Source: Roseivirga sp. (GTDB lineage: Bacteria > Bacteroidota > Bacteroidia > Cytophagales > Cyclobacteriaceae). From it: 64,000 nt of DNA. Shown piece by piece: positions 12,212 to 21,295 of the stretch. The notes below the pieces were generated by a model. It had not been told where the DNA came from. It was given only the letters and a program-made list of their open reading frames with translations, and did not search any database. Location of the stretch: NCBI GenBank assembly GCA_029262895.1, contig JAJCYM010000002.1, forward strand, positions 40,482 through 104,481. The letters run 5' to 3'. Both the position numbers and the translations under genes were made by a program. Within the stretch, counting starts at the first letter, position 1; each line of letters begins with the position of its first letter.

Positions 12212-12460
12212 ATGTTACTAGACATTGTAACACCAGATAAGAAGGTTTTTGAAGGAGAGGTAACTGCAGTTACTTTCCCTGGTAGTGATGGTGAGTTTCA
12301 AGTACTCGGCAATCACGCCCCCATGATTAGCTCATTGGGTAGAGGAAAGCTCACGATTCAAGCCGATGGTAAAACCGAAGAGTTGACTATTGATGGTGGC
12401 GTTGTTGAAGTGTTGAACAACAAGGTCATTGTATTGGCAGAGTCCATTATTGAAGAGTAA
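12212..12460 (+). CDS. atpC: ATP synthase subunit epsilon (short Bacteroidota form)
   Basis: LDIVTPD, PGSDGEFQVLGNHAP motifs; follows atpD. Confidence 0.93.
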   Translation: MLLDIVTPDKKVFEGEVTAVTFPGSDGEFQVLGNHAPMISSLGRGKLTIQADGKTEELTIDGGVVEVLNNKVIVLAESIIEE

Positions 12461-12482
12461 AGTCGAATTAACTTATAAATAG

Positions 12483-12523
12483 AAGAGGCCGTCTCAGAAT
12501 TATCTGAGTCGGCCTCTTTTTTT
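12483..12523 (+). terminator. Rho-independent terminator after atpC
   Basis: AAGAGGCCG...CGGCCTCTT hairpin plus T run. Confidence 0.8.
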
Positions 12524-12779
12524 ATGAACGTTCTAGTCGAGGATGGTCGAATAAGGAGACCAAGAGGAGAGCTTTTTCTGAATGCTCAAATGAGATTCTT
12601 CGTTCCTGCTCCAGCGCTGAGTCCTTCGCCAAAGGCTTCGGCCACCGGAGAAAGCTATTCGCGCAAGTGTTCAGAACAAGAAAACAGTCTTTGTCCGTCA
12701 CCCTTTCTTTTGCTGAGGAACGAAGCATCTCCCGGAGCTTCCAAGAACAAATGAAATTCACCCTCAGTAAACCCCTTTT

Positions 12780-13469
12780 TTATTCGATGTTTTTCAATTC
12801 GACATTGACCATGCCATAGGCATAATGATCTTGGGCAACAAGGGCTCCAGAAGGAAGTTGCTGATAGTTCTCCCAACTAAATTCAATACCTCCAATAGGG
12901 ATAATAGATACCCACATTTTGACTGAAGTCGGACGATGGTTCTCATCCAATATCCAGACATAAGAATCTCCCGGAGTAGTGCCGCCAGAGGTATACGTAA
13001 CCATCAAACCCTTTCTGCCATCATTACAGGTGACAATGCTGCGGGTAGTTCCCGGGTCGAAGACTTTGTAAGGCGCAGCCAGCCAGAAACTGTCATTATT
13101 GAAGTTGTCCCAAGCCGTTTTTAGTAGGTCTTTGGCTTCCTGGCCGGCTATCACTTTGCCGTTGGTGGCCACAGTTCCGGAGATGGTTTCCGGGTCTAAA
13201 TCAACTTCGTGCGCTCCCCACTTTATATTGATCCTGTTTTCTACCCGATTCCAGGAATAATGGTGGTCCCCTCTAAATGTCCATGAAACCAGCTGAGTAC
13301 TGTCCCAAGCGGCTTTATTCATAGCGTTGAGCATTTTATTGGCTACGGCATCTGCTTCCACACTGGGAGTGCCTACTGGCAGCCTCTCATTTTTCACCAA
13401 GTAAAATGTGAAAAGAGCCGCTATGAAAAAGAGTAAGGCAAACCCGAAAATCTTGAAGGCTTTTTTCAT
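12780..13469 (-). CDS. Conserved hypothetical protein with N-terminal membrane anchor
   Basis: Long ORF with one hydrophobic N-terminal segment; FNNDSFWL, GGTTPGDSY motifs. Confidence 0.75.
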   Translation of the reverse strand: MKKAFKIFGFALLFFIAALFTFYLVKNERLPVGTPSVEADAVANKMLNAMNKAAWDSTQLVSWTFRGDHHYSWNRVENRINIKWGAHEVDLDPETISGTVATNGKVIAGQEAKDLLKTAWDNFNNDSFWLAAPYKVFDPGTTRSIVTCNDGRKGLMVTYTSGGTTPGDSYVWILDENHRPTSVKMWVSIIPIGGIEFSWENYQQLPSGALVAQDHYAYGMVNVELKNIE

Positions 13470-13515
13470 TGGTTTAATAACTTTCTCGAACCCAACTCAG
13501 GTCACTTTAGCTGTT

Positions 13516-14238
13516 TCAATATAGCTTGCCCAATTTTTTCTCGTCTGCCTTCACAGGAACCAAGGTTAAGAACTGCTCCCAAAATTGATCTTCCGGAAGG
13601 CTGGCTCTGATAATTACAGGCTCCTTTTTCACCGGGTGTTCAAAATATAGACCTCGGGCATGTAGGTTAATACTTTTATCGGAGTTGGGCTTCGAAAAAC
13701 CGTAACGCAAATCTCCACGGATGGGGCTACCGATGGAGGCCAATTGTACACGAATTTGATGTGGCCTGCCTGTAATTGGCTTCACTTCAAGCAACCAGTG
13801 GTCATTAAGTTTGCCCAGCGTTCTGTAGTTGAGCTCTGCCCGTTGTGCGCCATCCACTTCTTCTTCGTAGGAGGTGGTCACGTTTCTTTTAGGATCTTTT
13901 TCCAACCAATGGACCAACTTGTCTTCAACCTCTTTTGGCCGCCTCTTAACTATGGCCCAATAAGTCTTCTGCACTTTTCTGTTTTTGAAAAGCTTGTTCA
14001 TTCGCTCCAGTGCCTTTGAGGTTCTGGCAAAAACCACCGCGCCACTTACCGGCCGATCAATTCGATGGCAGAGACCTAAAAACACTGCTCCGGGCTTATC
14101 ATACTTCTCTTTAATATACTCCTTGCAATGGTCGATCAGCGGTTTGTCACCAGTATGGTCACCTTGCACTAAAACACCGGCTGGTTTGTTGACAATGAGC
14201 AGGTGATTGTCTTCATATAGGGGCTGTACAATGCTCAT
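13516..14238 (-). CDS. RluA-family RNA pseudouridine synthase
   Basis: VNKPAG, catalytic HRIDRPVSG, GRPHQIR motifs; start reassigned to the ATG at 14238 just after the prfC stop. Confidence 0.9.
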   Translation of the reverse strand: MSIVQPLYEDNHLLIVNKPAGVLVQGDHTGDKPLIDHCKEYIKEKYDKPGAVFLGLCHRIDRPVSGAVVFARTSKALERMNKLFKNRKVQKTYWAIVKRRPKEVEDKLVHWLEKDPKRNVTTSYEEEVDGAQRAELNYRTLGKLNDHWLLEVKPITGRPHQIRVQLASIGSPIRGDLRYGFSKPNSDKSINLHARGLYFEHPVKKEPVIIRASLPEDQFWEQFLTLVPVKADEKKLGKLY

Positions 14239-14248
14239 AAGATCCGGG

Positions 14249-15829
14249 TTAAAATTCGCTGGTAAAGTGGTAATCAATATCCGGGAAGTTTTCCTGCACC
14301 ATTTGAAGCCAGGCTTTTGATTCTGCCATAAAAACAAGTTTTCCTTCCTTGTCTTTGGCAATATGCCGCTGTTTCGAAGCGAGAAACTCATCTAGTTTTT
14401 TAGGATCCTTTGCAGAAATCCAACAGGCTTTATAGAGTTGCATGGAAGCAAAGTCTGCCGATGCGCCATACTCGTTTTTCAGCCTGTATTGAATCACCTC
14501 AAATTGCAGCTGACCCACCGTGCCAACAGCTTTTCTGGCCCCTAATTCATAGCTGAATAACTGGGCAACTCCCTCGTCCATTAGTTGCTTGAGACCCTTT
14601 TCCAATTGCTTGGTTTTCATGGCGTCCCGGTTGATTACCTCACGGAAAATCTCAGGTGAGAAACTGGGGATGCCTCTATAAACACCTTTTTCACCCTCGG
14701 TAAGCGTATCACCGATTTTGAAGTGTCCCGTGTCATAGAGTCCGATGATGTCACCTGGGTAAGCCTCATCGATAGTTTCCTTGTCTTGGGCCATAAATGC
14801 TGTGGCCTGTGAAATCCTGAACTTTTTGTCTTGCCGGGTATGGAAATAATTGGAACCCCTTTCAAACTTGCCGGAGCAGACCCTTAAAAAGGCGAGCCTG
14901 TTCCTGTGCTTTGGGTCCATGTTGGCATGGATTTTAAAGACAAAACCCGAAAACTTGTTTTCAGAAGGTTCTACGTCTCGCTCATCCAATTTTCTTCCTT
15001 TGGGTTCCGGAGAAATGCGTAAGAAAGTGTCCAATAGCTCTTTGACACCAAAATTATTGATGGCAGATCCAAAGAATACTGGCGCGACCACACCGCTGAG
15101 GTAATCACTCCTGTCGAGGTCACCATAGACACCATCCAGAAACTCGACATCCTCTCTTAATTGTGCGGCATCTTTCTCTCCAATAAGCTCCTCTAATTCC
15201 GGGCTATTAATATCTTCCAGTTTAGTGGCTTCCTCATGTAATTGTTGCTGACCTGCCTTAAAAAGTCTCAGGCTCTTGTCGTACAAGCTATAGACTCCTT
15301 GAAAGCTTTTGCCCATACCAATGGGCCAGCTCAGGGGATGTACCTTAATATCTAATTTGGATTCAATTTCATCTAACAGGTCATATGGGTCCTGACCTTC
15401 TCTATCGAGTTTGTTGATAAAAGAAATGACTGGAGTGCTCCGCATCCGACAGACTTCCATCAACTTTTCAGTCTGAATTTCCACACCCTTTACGCAATCC
15501 ACCACCATCACCACGGAGTCAACAGCGGTCAGCGTACGATAGGTATCTTCCGCAAAATCCTGGTGACCAGGGGTGTCAAGTAAGTTGATTTTTGAGCCTT
15601 CATATTCAAAAGCCATAACTGAAGTGGCCACAGAAATACCCCTCTGCTTTTCAATCTCCATCCAGTCAGACCGGGCGTGCATGTCGATTTTATTGGATTT
15701 GACTGCACCGGCTTTTTGAATGGCACCACCAAATAGCAGTAACTTCTCTGTCAGGGTAGTTTTTCCTGCATCCGGGTGACTGATAATTCCGAATGTTCTC
15801 CTCTTTGCAATCTCCTCGACTAGACTCAT
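14249..15829 (-). CDS. prfC: Peptide chain release factor 3
   Basis: [29 protein letters not shown] motifs. Confidence 0.98.
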   Translation of the reverse strand: MSLVEEIAKRRTFGIISHPDAGKTTLTEKLLLFGGAIQKAGAVKSNKIDMHARSDWMEIEKQRGISVATSVMAFEYEGSKINLLDTPGHQDFAEDTYRTLTAVDSVVMVVDCVKGVEIQTEKLMEVCRMRSTPVISFINKLDREGQDPYDLLDEIESKLDIKVHPLSWPIGMGKSFQGVYSLYDKSLRLFKAGQQQLHEEATKLEDINSPELEELIGEKDAAQLREDVEFLDGVYGDLDRSDYLSGVVAPVFFGSAINNFGVKELLDTFLRISPEPKGRKLDERDVEPSENKFSGFVFKIHANMDPKHRNRLAFLRVCSGKFERGSNYFHTRQDKKFRISQATAFMAQDKETIDEAYPGDIIGLYDTGHFKIGDTLTEGEKGVYRGIPSFSPEIFREVINRDAMKTKQLEKGLKQLMDEGVAQLFSYELGARKAVGTVGQLQFEVIQYRLKNEYGASADFASMQLYKACWISAKDPKKLDEFLASKQRHIAKDKEGKLVFMAESKAWLQMVQENFPDIDYHFTSEF

Positions 15830-15849
15830 GTTGTACTCGAATTAAGCTG

Positions 15850-15857
15850 CAAAAATA
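15850..15857 (-). promoter_or_regulatory. -7 promoter box (TATTTTTG) for prfC
   Basis: TAnnTTTG match 20 nt upstream of the start codon. Confidence 0.5.
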
Positions 15858-15891
15858 GGAAATTAATTACGATTTGAAGGCCATTCCGGAA

Positions 15892-18006
15892 TCATTGAAA
15901 TGCAATCTCATCAACAAAGAGCCAGGCCGTGTTGCCCTTTCCCGGATGCCAATCAGGCAGAATTCCGTGGTTCTTCGCACGAATTTGGAGATATTTCAAT
16001 TCCTGTGGTGCAAATTGTAATTGATGAATTTTCATGTGTTTGGGTTCAGGGCCTTCCGGAGCTGTAAATTTCAGATCACTTAGTTTGACCAATTGGTCCA
16101 CACTTTTCCCGCCCCAAACCTCCAGGTTCGGAGATGGGAAAATCCAGGAACCCAGATCATCCATTGTACTTATAAAAACGGTATTGATGGTTTTAGCCTT
16201 CTCCAACTCGATGTCAACGATTAAATCATCTCCATTAAAACCGAGCCATTTGCCATCACGAAAATTCTCACTTCCCTTATCGAGATCGAAAAGCGAAGCA
16301 ACTCCTTTGCCCAGGTATTCTCCCTTAGGATTGTGTTTCAATACCGTTTTTTTGATTTGGTTTTTCGCTACTTTTATAAATACCTGTTCGACTGGTGCGC
16401 TATCTTCCCAGCCTGATTTTTGGGCGGTTAGTGTAACTTTGACACTTCTATTGAGCTCAATCTTCCCATCTTCAACGAGCTGTGGAGCTTCAGCATCCAG
16501 CTGATAAAATAGATCAGTTTCGGAAAGGCTATAATTGACCTCTACAATCATCTGGTCTTCAAAAAAAGTAGAGGAGAAGAGCATTTTTGGAGGGACTAAC
16601 TGCGAACGGGTGAAATCTGAGTCTTGCGCTAAGCCACCATTAATTTCAACGTTTGGATGTTTGGCTTGGAGAGCTGTGATGGCTGATGGTTCTATATCAG
16701 TTTGCCACAAAAATAGTTGTGTCAGCGAGGGCATGTCAGCCACCTTAGCTGCTCCTTTTTCGGTAATCTGGGTACTATAGAGATTGAGATACTCCAGTTT
16801 TTTTACTTTTCGAAGTACGGAAAGCATTTCATCATCCGCTTTCGTATTGTCGAGGTAAAGGCGATGGAGATTTTTGAACCTGGCCACTTCTCTAAGAATG
16901 TTTTTATCAACATGACTATTGCCCAGGTCCATGGAGTAAATCTGGTCTTTTATTTTTCGGAGACCCCTGATTTCATCAACGGTTAAGTTACTGTGCTGGC
17001 CAATGTTGACATCGATAAAGGGCAGGTCAGTTGTGATCTGCCTAACCTTTATTTTGTCCGTGTTAAGGCTTTCAATTAGCTCTGAACTAACAAAATCAAC
17101 ATTGATTTTTTCTTCGGGAGCGAAGTAACTGGCAAGAGTGACTTGAATCTCATCATCATTCGCAATTTCCCCAACGGTTTGAGAAAATGAGGCTCCGGAC
17201 TCAACCCACCAGGTTAGCATTTTGACTTCTTCGTTAGACAGCTGAGGCTTTCCTTTTGGGGGCATGTGGGTCTTATCTTGAGCAGGCAAAAGGACATTAT
17301 GTGTTAAGCTGCTCTCGTTAATATCGCCTGGGACAATCACGGCTCCAGACTCCCCACCTTTTAATATTCCTTCCTCAGAATCCAAAAGAAGGCCTCCCTT
17401 CAATTTGCTGGTGTTGTGGCAGCTGGTGCATTTTGAGTCCAGAATAGGAGAGATGACTTGTGTGAAAACAGGCTCTTCGGATTTTAGGGCCAGCGTTTGA
17501 TCTTGCACGAATACATCGGTGAGAAAACCCTCGCCATGTGTGAGCGTGGCTCCAAAATGCCCTGTGACGACCAGAAGTATAACCAACATGCCATAAGCAG
17601 GCATAAACACCTTGTGGGAATTGGGCCTCTGATTTAAATAGGTAAGCCCTGCCGCGACTATGGAAGTCGCCAAACCAAACCATTTGTGGAAAAGAAAGCT
17701 ACTGCCAGAGTATTCACCGTTGAGTGAAAGCAGGTTTCCCGCGATTGCTGTAACAACGGCTAAAAGTGCGCCCGACCAGAGCATGATTTCAGCTGGTTTT
17801 TTGAATTCTGTGCCATTGTCCCTTCGATCGAGGATTTCAAAAACGAAGGCCACAATGAGTAGAACGATAGGGAAGTGCAAAATTAATGGGTGTAGCCTCC
17901 CTAAAAATTGGAAGAGCGTTGGCGGTTCTCCGAAGGGAATGAGAAAGAGTAATAGCAAAATTGCATTGAGTCCCAGGAGCAGTATGTTGAGCTTTTTTTT
18001 CGACAT
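15892..18006 (-). CDS. Multidomain protein: DUF2231-like membrane domain, planctomycete-type cytochrome c, LRR, FN3-like and discoidin-like domains
   Basis: GRLHPLILHFPI and TGHFGATLTHG membrane motifs; CTSCH haem motif followed by MPPKGK; LxxLxLxxT repeats; WLGFNG...WLFVDEI C-terminus. Confidence 0.75.
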   Translation of the reverse strand: MSKKKLNILLLGLNAILLLLFLIPFGEPPTLFQFLGRLHPLILHFPIVLLIVAFVFEILDRRDNGTEFKKPAEIMLWSGALLAVVTAIAGNLLSLNGEYSGSSFLFHKWFGLATSIVAAGLTYLNQRPNSHKVFMPAYGMLVILLVVTGHFGATLTHGEGFLTDVFVQDQTLALKSEEPVFTQVISPILDSKCTSCHNTSKLKGGLLLDSEEGILKGGESGAVIVPGDINESSLTHNVLLPAQDKTHMPPKGKPQLSNEEVKMLTWWVESGASFSQTVGEIANDDEIQVTLASYFAPEEKINVDFVSSELIESLNTDKIKVRQITTDLPFIDVNIGQHSNLTVDEIRGLRKIKDQIYSMDLGNSHVDKNILREVARFKNLHRLYLDNTKADDEMLSVLRKVKKLEYLNLYSTQITEKGAAKVADMPSLTQLFLWQTDIEPSAITALQAKHPNVEINGGLAQDSDFTRSQLVPPKMLFSSTFFEDQMIVEVNYSLSETDLFYQLDAEAPQLVEDGKIELNRSVKVTLTAQKSGWEDSAPVEQVFIKVAKNQIKKTVLKHNPKGEYLGKGVASLFDLDKGSENFRDGKWLGFNGDDLIVDIELEKAKTINTVFISTMDDLGSWIFPSPNLEVWGGKSVDQLVKLSDLKFTAPEGPEPKHMKIHQLQFAPQELKYLQIRAKNHGILPDWHPGKGNTAWLFVDEIAFQ

Positions 18007-18008
18007 AC

Positions 18009-18800
18009 CTATCTGATAATTATTTCATCCATAAATACCCAAGCCGCATTACCCTTACCGGGATGCCAGTCTGGCAGTTGAGAGAGTGGTTTAATCACCA
18101 GCTTGACATATCGGAATTTTCCTCCTCCAGGCTCAAGCGAATAATAAGATTTGCCTGCCGCTTCACCTTGTTTAATCAACTCAACGGCTAATGATTGACT
18201 TTCACCAAAGTCAGTTCCATTTTTAGAGGTCGCATATTGAATTGAGACCGGAGGCATAATCCAGGAGCCCGGACTATTGAGCATACTCAAAACCACTTCT
18301 TTCAGTGCTTTTTCTTTGCCCAGGTCGAGATTAATAGTGATGGGTCCACTATTATAACCCAGCCAGTTCCCATCTCGAAAATTCAGAGAACCGGCCTTTT
18401 GATCAATAAGAGTGGCACCGCCATTACCTGTATAAGGCGCTTTTGGTTCTGGAGTAATCGCAATAGACGAAATTTTCTTATCCACTTTTAAGAGTTGGCT
18501 GACTACTGTTTCCGAAGGACGAAACCCGGTTTTGAACGCTTTTACTTTCAGTAAAACATCCCTTTTGATTTTAAGAGGCCTTTTGTACAGGTCTGAACTT
18601 GCAGTTGGTTCTGAACCATCCAGTGTATAATGTAGGCTTGCGCCTTCCAAACGGAAGTCCAGGGCGACCGAAGTTTTCTTCTGGAAGAAGCCACCTCCTT
18701 CTACATCGACTATTGGCTTGCTGAGTTGGTAATCCTGGGCGGCCAGGTGAATACTAAGTAGCAGAGTACAGAAGGACATGGCCAGTGTATTCAACTTCAT
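18009..18800 (-). CDS. Secreted chitobiase/FN3-associated plus discoidin-like domain protein
   Basis: Signal peptide; HYTLDGSEPT; C-terminal WHPGKGNAAWVFMDEI paralogous to the C-terminus of the downstream gene. Confidence 0.72.
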   Translation of the reverse strand: MKLNTLAMSFCTLLLSIHLAAQDYQLSKPIVDVEGGGFFQKKTSVALDFRLEGASLHYTLDGSEPTASSDLYKRPLKIKRDVLLKVKAFKTGFRPSETVVSQLLKVDKKISSIAITPEPKAPYTGNGGATLIDQKAGSLNFRDGNWLGYNSGPITINLDLGKEKALKEVVLSMLNSPGSWIMPPVSIQYATSKNGTDFGESQSLAVELIKQGEAAGKSYYSLEPGGGKFRYVKLVIKPLSQLPDWHPGKGNAAWVFMDEIIIR

Positions 18801-19831
18801 ACTCGGTTTAACTTATAAGGATAAACATTGCCTGAATTCCATTGTGCCACATACATGTTTTCGTCATCATCGATACAGACGTCATGTGGATAGATAAAGA
18901 CCTTCATGGTCTGATACATTTCATTTGGTGTGGTATCAGAATAGGTTGGAGTGCTGCCGGCTAGATTTGATACAACTTTATTGTTCTTATCGAGAATGGT
19001 GACGAAGCCAGAAGGATCATCTCCATAGGCTCTGGACTTGAGCACGGCTGCATATAAATGCTCACCGCTGATTACGGGTCTGCAGACATAGGCTCCGGGC
19101 AGTGGAATGGTTTCCAAGTATTCACCTGAAAGGCTATAGCGCTTAAAGGCATTTTCTTCCCTGGCCGAAACGATAAGTAGGGGGTTGGACTTATCTCGAT
19201 TATCCAGGCAAATGCCGTGAGCGTTTTGAAGATTTGATGGTCCATTTCCGCGCCCACCAAAACTTCGAATAAACTGACCACTATGGGAATATTGGCTGAT
19301 CCATTGCTCTCCATAACCATCAGCTACATAGATGTCTCCGTTCGGTCCAATGGCGACTTCGGTGGGTATGTATTGCTCGGCCTTTTGATAATGTCCAGAT
19401 TCCTTTGGGTAATCCAACTCCATGATCACCTTTCCATCGATTGTGGTTTTAATCACCTGATGGCGGTTATTATCAGATATAAAGAGAAAGTCCTCTCCGT
19501 TTTCTTTGGAAAGGGTGAGGCCATGAGCTCCGGGGTATTCCGTGCCCCAGCTTTCCAGCAGTTTGCCAGACTTATCATAAACCAGCACATTGTTTTTAGT
19601 CTCATTGGTCAGTAGCAAAATTCTGCCTTTGGAATCCTGCACCATTTCATGGCAATCCTTGACCGGATAGCGTTGAGGGTCAAGATTTCCCCAATTGACA
19701 TCCAGGCTATAGCGATGGGAGTTGTGCCCAAGAATCAGGTCTTCCGGCCTTTCGGGGATTGTCAAAACAGGCATACTGGCCAAACCAGCAGAGGCTATTA
19801 ATGTTTTATGTACAAAAGTCCGTCTGTTCAT
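18797..19831 (-). CDS. Tat-exported NHL-repeat six-bladed beta-propeller protein
   Basis: MNRRTFV twin-arginine signal (ATG 19831); PTEVAIGPNGDIYVADGYG, AHGICLD, PHDVCID blades. Confidence 0.8.
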   Translation of the reverse strand: MNRRTFVHKTLIASAGLASMPVLTIPERPEDLILGHNSHRYSLDVNWGNLDPQRYPVKDCHEMVQDSKGRILLLTNETKNNVLVYDKSGKLLESWGTEYPGAHGLTLSKENGEDFLFISDNNRHQVIKTTIDGKVIMELDYPKESGHYQKAEQYIPTEVAIGPNGDIYVADGYGEQWISQYSHSGQFIRSFGGRGNGPSNLQNAHGICLDNRDKSNPLLIVSAREENAFKRYSLSGEYLETIPLPGAYVCRPVISGEHLYAAVLKSRAYGDDPSGFVTILDKNNKVVSNLAGSTPTYSDTTPNEMYQTMKVFIYPHDVCIDDDENMYVAQWNSGNVYPYKLNRV

Positions 19832-19835
19832 GATC

Positions 19836-21293
19836 TTAGGCGAGGATGTCATGAATAATCTCTCCACTTACATCGGTAAGTCGGAATCTTCTGCCTTGAT
19901 ATTTGTAAGTAAGCTTTTCATGATCAACCCCCAGGAGGTGTAGCATGGTCGCCTGAAAGTCGTGAACATGCACGGGATCTTTCACAATATTATAACCAAA
20001 GTCATCTGTTTCACCATAGGTCATACCGGGTTTTATGCCACCGCCAGCCATCCATACTGTAAAACATCGCGGGTGATGGTCACGCCCATAATTCGTTTTT
20101 GTTAATGCACCCTGAGAGTAATTAGTTCGGCCGAATTCTCCACCCCAAATTACGAGCGTATCGTCTAACATGCCACGCTGCTTTAAATCCATAATCAGTG
20201 CTGCGGAGGCCTGATCCACGTCTTTTGCCTGCTTTTCAATGGCACTGGGTAAATTCTCGTGTTGGTCCCAGCCCATATGATACAATTGAATAAAACGTAC
20301 ATCTCTTTCTGCCAATCTACGCGCTAGTAGACAGTTGGCTGCAAAGGTGCCGGGTTGTGCCGCCTCCGGGCCATACATTCTATAGATGTGGTCTGGCTCT
20401 TTGGAGATATCCATCGTTTCTGGAACAGAGGTTTGCATACGATAGGCCAGTTCGTATTGGGCAATTCGGGCATTGGTTTCTGGATCACCAAATTCCGCCA
20501 TATGTAAGGAATTCAGTTTGGAAAGTTCATCCAGCATCTTTCTTCGATCGATTTTTGACACTCCTGCAGGATCTTTTAGATAGAGTACCGGATCTTTTCC
20601 TGAACGGAACTGCACACCTTGATGCACAGAATTTAAAAAGCCATTTCCCCACAAACGTGAGTATAATGGCTGCCCCTGCGGTCGGCCTGTGCCCCGGGAA
20701 AGCAAAACCGAAAAGGCCGGAAGATTGTCATTGTCACTGCCAAGCCCATAGCTGAGCCAGGCACCCATGCTGGGCCTTCCGGGCTGCTGCGAACCTGTCT
20801 GGAAAAATGTAATGGCCGGATCATGATTTATGGCCTCGGTATGCATTGATTTGATGAAACAGAGTTCATCGGCAACTTTGGCAGTATAGGGCATCAAGTT
20901 GCTTATCCAGGCCTCACTTTGACCATGCTGTTGAAAATCGAAAAGAGAACCAGCCAATGGGAAGGAATCCTGTCCCGATGTCATTCCTGTCAGGCGCTGG
21001 CCATTCCTAACCGAGTCGGGAAGTTCTTCACCAACCATCTCCCGAAGCTTCGGCTTATAATCGAAAAGCTCATGTTGAGAGGGGCCACCACTTTGAAACA
21101 GGTAAATAACGCGTTTCGCTTTTGGCGCAATGTGCCTAAAGTCCTCTGGTCGAGGGCTGGAAGAAGGCCCTCCAAGCAAGCTGGTGGGTGACAATAAAGA
21201 AGCCAATCCCAAGCCACCAAGGCCCAGACTTGCTTTCGACAGAAAGTGTCTTCTATTGAGGTGGTAATGATAGTTTAACTCTTCCTTTTCCAT
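19836..21293 (-). CDS. DUF1501 family protein (Tat-exported, alkaline phosphatase/sulfatase-like)
   Basis: LNRRHFL Tat motif; AKRVIYLFQSGGPSQ, WGGEFGRT, GRDHHP, VHVHDFQAT motifs. Confidence 0.88.
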   Translation of the reverse strand: MEKEELNYHYHLNRRHFLSKASLGLGGLGLASLLSPTSLLGGPSSSPRPEDFRHIAPKAKRVIYLFQSGGPSQHELFDYKPKLREMVGEELPDSVRNGQRLTGMTSGQDSFPLAGSLFDFQQHGQSEAWISNLMPYTAKVADELCFIKSMHTEAINHDPAITFFQTGSQQPGRPSMGAWLSYGLGSDNDNLPAFSVLLSRGTGRPQGQPLYSRLWGNGFLNSVHQGVQFRSGKDPVLYLKDPAGVSKIDRRKMLDELSKLNSLHMAEFGDPETNARIAQYELAYRMQTSVPETMDISKEPDHIYRMYGPEAAQPGTFAANCLLARRLAERDVRFIQLYHMGWDQHENLPSAIEKQAKDVDQASAALIMDLKQRGMLDDTLVIWGGEFGRTNYSQGALTKTNYGRDHHPRCFTVWMAGGGIKPGMTYGETDDFGYNIVKDPVHVHDFQATMLHLLGVDHEKLTYKYQGRRFRLTDVSGEIIHDILA

Positions 21294-21295
21294 GA

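Noticed and set aside
12522-12876. Short ORFs at 12522-12761, 12524-12754 and 12655-12876
   Set aside because: They run through a terminator and hairpin repeats and have no recognisable motifs.
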